Part shown: positions 51,301 through 60,418 of the stretch, in pieces
How the letters are laid out: every line of letters starts with the position of its first letter
Numbering within the stretch: the first letter of the stretch is position 1
Assembly: GCA_904063045.1 (NCBI GenBank)
Contig: CAJFCJ010000023.1
Location: forward strand, 124,001 to 188,000
Direction of reading: 5' to 3'
DNA from: Dimorphilus gyrociliatus
Taxonomy: Eukaryota; Animalia; Annelida
DNA: 64,000 bases
Position numbers and translations under genes: made by a program
Notes under the pieces: generated by a model
What the model was told of the DNA's origin: nothing
The model's input: only the letters and a program-made list of their open reading frames with translations
The model's database searches: none

Positions 51301-54300
51301 CCATGCAGAGAAAACACCAGCTAGGAACAATTCCTGCACTATTAATAACCTTAGGCCTGGATCTGATTACTACTTCAGAGTCTACGCAGAGAATGAAGTT
51401 GGTAGTGGAGAACCAATCGAAACAACTGTGCCTATCTATATCAAGAAAGAAGGTTTGTTTTACAGAATAACATCTTTTATATTTACAGAAATTTTAATGA
51501 CATAAAATTTGTTGATTAGTTGATGACAAACCACCAAGAGCTTCAACACCAAGCAGAGGAAGAAGTCCATATATTTATAGACGAACCACGGCATCTTCTA
51601 GATCACCTACAACGTCACCTTCTCCTTCACCATCAAGGCCTTATGAAATTATTGCGGAAGCTCCGATTCCAAGAAACTTTAAACCACTCGAAGTTAGGAG
51701 AGATAGTGTCACTTTACTGTGGGAACCAGGATATTCCAATTCTAAATATCCGATCAAATCTTATATTATTGAAAAGAGTCAAGTACCCACATCATCTTGG
51801 ACAAGAGTTGCCAAAATTCCTCCTCATACTCAGAGATATACTGTTCCTGATTTAACTGAAGGTGCTTCGTACAGATTTAGAATCCTATCTGAATATCCAG
51901 AAGGATTTTCTTCACCTTTGGAATTCGATGAACCAATTTTCACTAAAAAACTTGCCGGTTTGTATTTCATAGAAATAAATATGACCCTTTTCTGATATTA
52001 ACATTCTTTTACAGAACCACCAAGTAAACCTTCAGGTCCAGTGACCATTGAACAAGTTAATCCGACTACTTTCAATTTACAATGGCAGCCACCTTTGAAT
52101 ACAGGAGGTAGCCCCATCAAGGGTTATTTAATCGAAATGACTGATGCTAAAGGATGGCGAAAGATTGCCTATAATACGCCTAGAAATTTGAAACATAACG
52201 TCTACGGTCTCGAAGAGGGAGAAACTTATTTCTTTAGAATAACAGCAGAAAACGAAGCTGGTTTAAGCGTTCCTCTACAAAGCGATTGCCTAAACGTAGA
52301 AAGGGAAAGAAGACGATTTACACCATTCGAAAGGAGAACGCCAACAAGAGAAAGAATCGTTCTGAAATGGGATGAACCGAAGGTATACGACAGAAAGAAG
52401 ATTACCGGTTATATTATCGAAAAACTCGACACGTCTTCAAGAAAAGATTGGCAAGAAATCGATAGAGTTGGCTCTAATTTGAGAAAATATGACGTTCCAC
52501 TTTATCACGAAAGGAATTACAAGTTTAGAGTTCGGCCTATTTTAGATACCGGAATTGTAGACTACGTAATTAAGGAGGAAGAGCATACTTATGAAACTCA
52601 TAAACGTAATATAATATTTTTTTTAATTTAGACTTATTACAGTTATGATAGCTAACAACAAATTTATGTTTGTAGGTCCACCTTCTATTCCCCAAGGACC
52701 GATTAGAGTTGAAAATATAACAAGCGAAAGTGCTAAATTGACTTGGAAAAAGTCTGAATATGATGGAGGCTCTCCAATTACAGATTATGTGGTTGAAATA
52801 AGAGATTTAACGAAATCAAGACCTTTCTGGACAAAAATCGCAAGTGTACCACCATCCAAATGCGCTCTATATCTAGATGATATGGAGGATAACAAGCAAT
52901 ACGTTATTAGAGTCCTTGCAAAGAATGCTGTTGGGGATAGTTTTCCACTTCTCTCTGATATTATTACACCAATCAGATCATTAATTCCACCATCCGCACC
53001 TGGCGGACTGAGAATTGTTACAAGTACTGGAAATGCTTCCACGCTACAATGGCTACCTCCTAAGCACGAAGGTAGTTCAGCCATTTCAAAATACATTATA
53101 ATGAAGAAGGAGTCTAAAAGAACAGTATGGGAAAAGGCTGCTGAAGTGGATAGTACAACTAACAGATATACAGTTTCAAACTTAAATGAAGAAAAGAGTT
53201 ACGATTTTGCAGTTTATGCTGTAAATGAAGCTGGAGAAGGAAAGAGGTCCAGTACAGAATTTGTAGGACAACCAACTGCAAAACTCCGTAGCTTTTCGGG
53301 AGTTGAAAAAGTGGATTTATCAAGAGACAGATCAAGAGAAAGTATTGGTTTGGGAGTTAGACCAAGGAGAAGCTACTCAGGTATAGAGAGAAAAGACTTA
53401 CCAAGCGAAAGAGAGAGAAGCTACTCAATAGTCGAAAAAGATGTTCTCTTTGGTGGCAAGGGAGATATCTATACAGGCGTATATGCTTCCTATAAAACAA
53501 TGAAAGTGGTTACAGGTTTGTCTCATAGATTACGGTATACATTAGTATATAGAAACTAATACAATATAAATTCCAAACAGAAGAGAAACCTCCTACGGGT
53601 AGACCAAAGAGATTTAGACGTGAGGAAGTCGATTCACAACCACGCTATGAGCCAAAACCAGAAAAAAGGACTGCGCCATCTCAACCGAGAGGACCGATAG
53701 AGATATTGGAGATTACCAGAACTACCATAACTATTAGCTGGTTGCCTCCTGCATCGGATGGATGTGCGGCAATAAGCAACTATATAATCGACTATAAAGA
53801 AATAAATAAGTCTTGGAGACTCTCATCAAGAATACCAGCACATAAGACATCTCATACTATTACCGATCTCAGAGAAGGAAAATCTTATTATTTTAGAGTT
53901 TCGGCCGAAAATTATGTCGGAACATCGCAACCTCTTGTACTAAATTTACCAGTAAGTCCGAGACGGTCAGCAGCAAGACCTTCCGCTCCGATTGACATTA
54001 TTAATGTAGAATGGTCGGTTGATGGGTCACCTACATTAACGTGGGCCGAACCGGAAGACGATGGTGGAACTAAAATCGTAAGATACATTGTAGAATATAG
54101 AGAATACGAGTCATTCGACTGGAAATTACTTGAAAGAATTAGTAGAAGAAAGATTTCCATACCTAATTTCAAGAGTTCAAAATATTATCTAAGAATCAGC
54201 GCAGAAAATGAAGTAGGAAGAGGAGATTCGTTAGAAATAGATCTAAAAGACTACGAAAGCGTCAAGAAAACAATGGCTCCTCCCAGTCGCCCACAAATTC

Positions 54301-56100
54301 CACTCGTTGTAACACCGTCAGAAGGTTCCGTTCAGTTAGCATGGCAACCTCCTAAATACGATGGATCAAGCGATATTATATCATATACTATAGAGATGCG
54401 AGATATAGCAGAACCTAAATTTAGATGGGTTCCTGTTACAAGACTATCTGCTAAAGTCTTTACGTATGAGGTCAAACATTTGACTGTCGGTCATAAGTAT
54501 TACTTTAGAATTTGTGCCGAGAACAAAGCGGGCAAAAGCGATTGGCTAGAATCTAGAACGAGTGCTGAGGCTAAAAATCCTATTGTTACACCAACATCTC
54601 CAAATGATTTGGAATTAGTCTCAATTAATCACGAAATAGTAAAAATATCTTGGAAGGAACCATCGGACGATGGTGGTAGTCCCATAACGGGATATGTTGT
54701 GGAAAAAAGAGAACCTGGTTCAACTATTTGGCACCCAATATCGAGATTGGATAATAAAACGTTTAATTTTGCCATAAGAAATCTCTCTGCCAACATAACC
54801 TATTTCATTAGAGTAGGCGCTGAAAATATACTAGGAGTTGGCAATTGGAGAGAATTATCTGATTCCGTCCGATTATCAGCTTCAGGCGAGCAGCTGCCTC
54901 ACGAACCTACAAATATTAGAGCAGTAGAAATTTCAAGTGATACTGTTAAATTAAGCTGGGATGCGCCAATATCATCGGGAACAGCTCCCATCACAGGATT
55001 TTATATTGAACAGAAAGTTGGAAATAGAAATTGGAGAAATATTGGATATGATAATCCTCATAGATTGTGGTGGAGTGCTACAAAATTAAAGGAGGGCGTT
55101 ACATACTTCTTTAGAGTTTGTGCAGAAAATAGATTCGGAAAGGGTGATTGGGGATATAGTAAAGCAATTGTTCCAGCAACAAAAACAGTAAAAATTGGTA
55201 CGTTTCTACTAAAAATTGAAATGTTTCGATATAATTATTAATTGATTGTCTTTCTTTCATTTAATTTAGCTATACCCAGTTCACCGTCACTATTCCAAAT
55301 TAGTAAGGCGACAGATACTGCAGTCACTTTGTCGTGGATGCCACCAGAAAAGAATAGAGATAGAATTAACAAGTATCTATTGGAAATGAACGATGGAAAT
55401 TCATGGGTTAAAATCAGAGAGGTTGATCCATGCGATGTCCTTCGTTCAACCGTTGATAGATTAAGGAAGGATCGAAATTATCAATTTAGAGTTAGCGCTA
55501 TTAACGACGGAGGAAAAGGGGTTCCCACTCAAATTGACTACTCTCCTTCTGGCGATAGCCAAGGTAAATTTTTATTTGTAGAACTAGTAATGATAGGGAA
55601 TTTTATAAATTATTTCGATAGTAGGTACTCCCGATACACCGCTTGGTCCATTAAAAATCGTAAGAGTAACTCGAAGAGCAGTCCACTTAAAGTGGTCCAT
55701 GCAGACTGAAAGAAGCAATATCGATCGTTATGTTATAGAGAAGAGAGAAGCGACCAAATCAAAGTGGACCAAAGTAGCAACAACACCTTCCGGAGTCACT
55801 GCAGTAGTCGTTAGCGATTTGATCGAGGATAAATTGTATTATTTTAGAGTTTGGTCTGAAAACACAAATGGAAAGAGCAGCTCGTATATTGAAATTGATA
55901 TACCAGTTGCAACTAAACGAGTATTAGAAGTCGCTTCGCAACCGAATATTGAAATGTACACAAGAGAAATCTACGAGGAAAGAACAGCAGCTGGAAGAGT
56001 CGAAACAATCGTCTCTGAACGTTCAACCACTGCTTTTTCAAGATACGGAGATTTGCCGTTATCTAACGTTTCTTCTGACAAACTTGCTCCGAAGTTTTAA
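1..56100 (+). CDS. Giant titin/connectin/twitchin-like Ig-FN3 muscle protein, 5'-truncated by the window, roughly 100 exons, over 11,000 aa encoded here, no kinase domain seen
   Basis: I-set Ig motifs (LECE.SK...W.K.G....L.I...D.G.Y) and titin-type FN3 motifs (P.PP...WEPP..DGGS.I.GY.IE...W...YEFRV.AEN..G) recur in ORFs from 9 to 56100. From 15027 to the TAA at 56098-56100 the exons join in frame through GT-AG introns, and inter-domain introns are phase 1. Joining of the 1-2783 exons to the 15027 exon is inferred from phase compatibility and identical Ig type. Confidence 0.9.
1328..1944 (+). CDS. Candidate alternative basic C-terminus made by reading through the 1327 donor (about 205 codons)
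   Basis: The frame of the 1055-1327 Ig exon stays open to TGA at 1942-1944 through very AT-rich sequence. AATAAA follows at 2136-2141. Confidence 0.5.
2136..2141 (+). promoter_or_regulatory. Candidate poly(A) signal of the 1944-ending read-through isoform
   Basis: AATAAA about 190 nt after the TGA at 1944. Confidence 0.3.
3270..3303. repeat. (CT)n microsatellite; similar tracts near 2290-2310 and 13645-13660
   Basis: Direct reading of ctctctct runs. Confidence 0.85.
3513..6265 (+). CDS. Large Ser/Glu/Asp/Thr-rich, probably disordered terminal exon (about 917 aa), giving a short isoform or the end of a separate upstream gene
   Basis: Phase-1 acceptor ttgtacag|ATGATTTG at 3513 is compatible with the 2783 donor. 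The frame is uninterrupted to TGA at 6263-6265, with no Ig or FN3 motif, and AATAAA follows at 6597 and 6652. Confidence 0.8.
6597..6602 (+). promoter_or_regulatory. Candidate poly(A) signal of the short (6265-ending) isoform
   Basis: AATAAA 332 nt after the stop, with another at 6652. Such hexamers are common in AT-rich DNA. Confidence 0.4.
7144..12755 (-). CDS. MUC4/SUSD2/Mesh-like type I membrane glycoprotein, 1574 aa: signal peptide, EGF, NIDO, AMOP, VWD (GDPH), cadherin-like Ig, about 10 EGF/EGF-CA, SEA, TM, cytoplasmic tail
   Basis: Eight exons: 12755-12500, 12360-11647, 11210-11057, 10988-10384, 10329-9142, 9067-7935, 7874-7230, 7173-7144. Total is 4725 nt, in frame, all GT-AG. Motifs seen: MTSIRQVIVFFALLGFAQL signal, IAPFWAD and NTFQAVL (NIDO), CPC..CCY (AMOP), GDPHIKTIDG (VWD), D(I/V/L)DEC repeats, YDPDL..SSLY SEA start, IILGSVMGVVGIILSVIGVALCC TM. 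Confidence 0.92.
13866..13896. repeat. 12-bp tandem repeat CACGCCTCTCGG x2.6
   Basis: cacgcctctcgg cacgcctctcgg cacgcct read directly. Confidence 0.9.
14947..14970. repeat. (GTT)n microsatellite just upstream of the 15027 acceptor
   Basis: ttgttgttgttgttgttgttgtt read directly. Confidence 0.85.
15027..19766 (+). CDS. Tandem array of 13 I-band-type Ig domains of the titin-like gene
   Basis: Exons 15027-15293, 15692-15949, 16031-16300, 16355-16621, 16685-17227 (2 Ig), 17288-17557, 17623-17898, 17954-18223, 18330-18596, 18667-19200 (2 Ig), 19425-19566 plus 19639-19766. All carry Ig signatures and phase-1 boundaries. Confidence 0.92.
22089..22680 (+). repeat. Copy 1 of a 592-nt near-identical coding duplication (two FN3 domains)
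   Basis: Matches 25233-25824 with 4 mismatches (22097, 22478, 22522, 22633) by manual alignment, offset 3144. Confidence 0.95.
25233..25824 (+). repeat. Copy 2 of the 592-nt near-identical coding duplication
   Basis: Matches 22089-22680 with mismatches at 25241, 25622, 25666 and 25777. Identity ends at the splice donor. Confidence 0.95.
50340..56100 (+). CDS. C-terminal region of the titin-like protein: 2 Ig, about 13 FN3 (one degenerate), two Arg/Ser/Pro-rich linkers and a short unique tail ending KLAPKF*
   Basis: Exons traced from 49466 to 56100 contain no GxGxxG, VAIK, HxDxK, DFG or APE kinase motifs. The last exon 55625-56100 ends in TAA and is followed by AT-rich non-coding sequence. 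Confidence 0.85.
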
Positions 56101-56946
56101 AATACTCTTTAATTTTGCTTTGAAAGTACTATAATTTTATCTAAAAATAGATAAAATTATAGTATTTTATTTATCAATATGTGGATTTATAAGATTGCGG
56201 TAAAAAATGAAAAAAGGGTAAAATTTTGAAAATCGTCTATTGCAAATATGCTTCTAGATAATTTATGTCTCACACATGTTTTCTTTCGACTTATACTGCA
56301 AATATTCCTTTGCTAAAGTTTGCATATTTAATTAAAAAAAGGGCATGCAAAATTAATTAACTATCTATCCCTTTTTTGATTTAATTGAAATTGGCATGGA
56401 AAAGAAATATTTGCTTTGTATCGAGTGTTCATATCTTTAAACATTCTCTAAATTATTTACTTTTTTTTTCATTCTCTCTTTGTCTTTTTCTCTCTCCTCT
56501 CTTCCTTTCTTTCAGGGCAGTTTATTTGTAAGCTGCCTGTAAAATGAGAAGAAGAGGGGAAGAAATGATTTGAGGTATGAGTGAAAAAGAAAATATTTAC
56601 CAAAACATAAAAAAAACTAAACAAGGTTGATACACCATTAGATTAAAAACTTTGATATTAGTTCTTAAAGAAATTCATTGTCAATACTAAGAGAAAAAGA
56701 AGATGATTTATTCACTTTTCTCGTTGACAATACCATATTGGAACACTACATTTTACATAATGAAATAATAATTAATTCTTTTTTCATTGCGAAAAAAATT
56801 GAATTTGAACCGAAAAGAAAAGGGATAAAAATCATTCACTAAATACGATTTATGAATGAAAACAAAAAACAATCGAATTTTTTGGTATAAGCCAAAAAAT
56901 GGGAAAAATATGGCTGTTAATATAAAATGTTAATATCATATATACA

Positions 56947-57088
56947 ATATATATATATATATATATCTGTATAGATGAAATTATACAAATTTTCAGCCAT
57001 TTTATCATTGAATGCAAGCTTTCAAATTAATAAAATGATTGTGTGTCTTTTGTAATCATCTGCAAGTTTATATATATATATATATATA
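56947..57088. repeat. (AT)n microsatellites in the titin-like 3' region; others near 6385-6430, 57362-57376 and 62062-62088
   Basis: Direct reading of atatat runs. Confidence 0.8.
57029..57034 (+). promoter_or_regulatory. Candidate poly(A) signal of the full-length titin-like mRNA
   Basis: AATAAA followed by GU-rich gattgtgtgtcttttgt. An alternative AATAAA is at 57202. Confidence 0.35.
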
Positions 57089-58259
57089 GATAAAAAATGC
57101 ATTGTGTTTTGGAAAATATTCATCTCAATACTAAAGTAATAAGGTTTTTATTGTTTAAAATAATTTAATTGTGCCTATCATTTGTGCTTTCTTCTTGAAT
57201 CAATAAAAACTATTAGAATCATCATTAAAGAACTATTTATTTGTTAATTGCCTAAGAAACTATTTCTTCCGTCAGTTTCAATTCTTAGTGTTAATTTCAA
57301 TCCTTTAGTTTTTAATTTATGAACGAAAAACTTTATCATTTATAGATTTAAATCTATACTAATATATATATATATACTGCTTATATCGTTAATTATTATC
57401 CTCCATTATATAGATATTGATCAATAAAAACCTTTTTCCGGTGTCTACACTTTCATGGAACTGAATTAAAGCCGAAAAATGAAGGTGCCAAAATTGATTA
57501 ATTAGTCTTCTTTATGACTGCGACATTAGAAGTGGATAACCTTTCCAGAAACCAATAATTACCGTTATAACATAAAATGTAAATCTTTTACGTTAACCTA
57601 AAAAGTTCTATTTAAAATCATCACTCTTTAATATTTCAATTTGACTATGAAAATTATTTAATAAAAGTAAATATGGTAGTAATTTTCTATCAAATAATAG
57701 TATAGCTAGTTAGATGTTATAAGAGAGATAGAAACAAGTTACGTTTAGCATTACAACTTTTATCTTCTTTTCCGAAAATGAGAAATTTCCAAGAAATAAT
57801 TACCGGTTCCCTGCAAATTTTTATAATAGAGTGAGATTCTTTCTCAAACGTTTCCTCTGACCTTGAGTTTAGCATATCAATGGCTTATAATAAGGAAAAG
57901 AATAGTTAAAAGGATGAAAAGATAGATAAAGATAGACTCAAATTATTTCTTATACTGTATGAATAAGTGAAAGATCAATGACACTGAAAACTGATTGTCC
58001 AAATACTGTATTAAGCTAGTCTTACCGAAACAAACAACGGAAAGAGGTCAGCGTTTCACTCTTTAGAGTAGAGTAAAATTGTAAATCGTTCGCTTCAATA
58101 CAGATAATGAATGACTTTTGATACGTTTGTTGCTTTCAATTGTTTTATTTCATAAGTCAAATTGATCTTTAAAGAGGTTAGCATTTATCTTAATTGTTCG
58201 ACTATGCTCATAGTCAAACATAACTGGAAAGTGAGTGGACTTAGAAAGAAGGAAATAGT

Positions 58260-59815
58260 ATGATAAAGAGTATAGCGATTCTATTTTGCCTGATTTCAAC
58301 TTATATCGGTAAATTCTTATTAAATAAGTAAAAAGAGTTGATTGAATTTATTTTCTTTTAATTATTAGCAGGGTGTATTGTTAAAAGATTAAATTTAAAT
58401 AACGAAGCCATTTTTCCAAATGATGCTTTTACCGCGTACCAAACAAGATTACCATCGGATAAACCTCATTATGCTCGACTTAATAGATCTATTATAGGGC
58501 ATCAACCGGATGAACCCTGGAAAGCATGGTATGGTCTTAACTCTTCAAGTTATCTTCAAGTTAATCTTGGTAATTTCCGTTCTATCGCCATAAATACTAA
58601 TACTTTCGTATTATACTAATAATCTTGAATTTTCAAAAAGGAAAAGTTTACGAAATACATGCAATGGAATTGAGAGGAGGAGGAATAGGCTCCGTTCAAC
58701 ATTATACATCACATTTTCGAATTAGTTACGGAGTTATACTTAAAAGAATCTTATCCCTAAATGCTAACAATACCGAAAAAGTAAGGCAATAATAATTATC
58801 TTGTTTTTTTAAAAAAAAAATAATAACTATTTAAGAAAATAAGAGAAATGTATGTCGTTCTCTGAACAGATATTTAATGGCAACACTCACTTAAATAGCG
58901 ATGATATTTTATACTTTACGTTTGATGAACCAATTTTGTTAAAATATTTCCGGTTTCACACACTTTCAGGAAATGAAATGCCTGTTAATCTTGAATTGTA
59001 TGGATGCGGTATAATTGTAATTTATTTTAATTTATTATATTGTTAATTATGATTTTGTTAATACAGAAATTCAATATTGTAAAGGAAATGTTGTTGGATT
59101 ATTCAACTATTCCAGAGTACCTAATAGTGCTTTCTACGGTTATAATAAACTATACCATTTCCATAGAGCTCAAGACGCTAGACTACAATTTAAAAACGAT
59201 GAAGAACATTCGTGGTTTGGCTTTAATGAATCGAGTTATTTACAAGTAGATTTAGGCAATTAATATTGATCAACTAATTATACTTTTGACTAGATAATAA
59301 ACCCCAAACTATTTCAAATAGGTCAATTATACGATATATTTGGTTTGGATATGAAAGGTTCAAAATATCAAAATGAATCATATTATACCAGTACCTTTCT
59401 CATTGGTTACAGTATGAATATTTCAGATATTAGATTTTACGAAACGAATGGACAAACAAAGGTATATTCTATTAAGTATTTTTATTCAACAAACAAAATA
59501 TATTAATAATCATACGGATTCTTTTGTTTTTATAAATTTCAAGATTTTCCAAGGAAATTATGAGTATAACAGTAGAGATATACAACACAAAAATTTCTTA
59601 TATAAACTAACAACAAGATACATTCGATTTTATCCTTTAACCGGTTACCGTCGACCTGTAAATCTTGAGTTATACGGATGTGGTAGGTGCTTTTTAAATA
59701 TTTCATCATCTAATTTACCTCATTTTATTGGATGCATCTCATTAAATGATTTTTCGATTTTTTTTGTTTTTTTTTGTCTTTTAAAGATAACTTATTACAA
59801 AGGAAAGGAAATTAG
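58260..59815 (+). CDS. Secreted protein with two discoidin (F5/8 type C) domains, 340 aa
   Basis: Exons 58260-58308 (signal MIKSIAILFCLISTYI), 58372-58569, 58641-58780, 58870-59008, 59067-59255, 59322-59461, 59544-59682, 59787-59815, total 1023 nt in frame. Motifs ARL...W...YLQV(N/D)LG, IF(N/Q)GN and (V)NLELYGC each occur twice. The last exon is the least certain. Confidence 0.82.
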
Positions 59816-60418
59816 TACTCTAACCAAACACCAAATAAAAATCAATATTGTCTTGTTTTGTTTACTTTAAAATCGGAAAATTTCAATATTTTATGACATT
59901 TTACGTAAATTCAATGAAAATTAACAATCTTAACCGGTTAGTTGAGCCTGATGCATTTCCATCCATAAACATTTCTCTATATGTATATATACGGCAGAGT
60001 ATCACAATATACATCTTTTTAACAGTATTTAAATACATAAAACTCTCAAACACGGAAAAAACTCACAAAAAACATCCGATAGAAAAAACACAATTTTTAA
60101 GTCACAAAGCCAATCACAGACCAATGCGTTAATACTAACTTCAAAAGATTTAAATACGTAATATTGCACGATCTCATGTCAAAAATAATTTCTAAATTCT
60201 CTATGTTAGTCATGTGTGAAACAATTATGCAAATTATGCAGTCGATTATGCATTTTTTTTTTAACGATAGCAGCGGCCCCCACCACTTTTCATGCACCAA
60301 AACAAAAACTGTAATAGAACTAAATCGTGAAACAAAAAAAAACTATTCATTTTTTTTTTCATGAGACGAAAGTTTCTAAAAATTCATTAATAATAAATTT
60401 CTTAACCTCAAAAATTTA

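Noticed and set aside
3631-54172. Dozens of short antisense or off-frame ORFs in the track (e.g. 3631-3858, 24128-24376, 35992-36693, 53912-54172)
   Set aside because: They lie opposite or inside well-supported titin exons, show no domain motifs, and are the expected shadows of biased coding sequence.
1-56100. Assigning a gene symbol (TTN, unc-22, bt or sls) to the giant gene
   Set aside because: The architecture matches none of them exactly (10-domain repeat, no kinase). Orthology needs a phylogeny.
56141-56150. Canonical MEF2 site CTAAAAATAG just after the titin-like stop
   Set aside because: A single AT-rich match, expected by chance at this base composition.
60108-60128. Two CCAAT boxes between the discoidin and SPATS2 3' ends
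   Set aside because: They lie between convergent stop codons with no downstream gene to drive, so they are likely chance.
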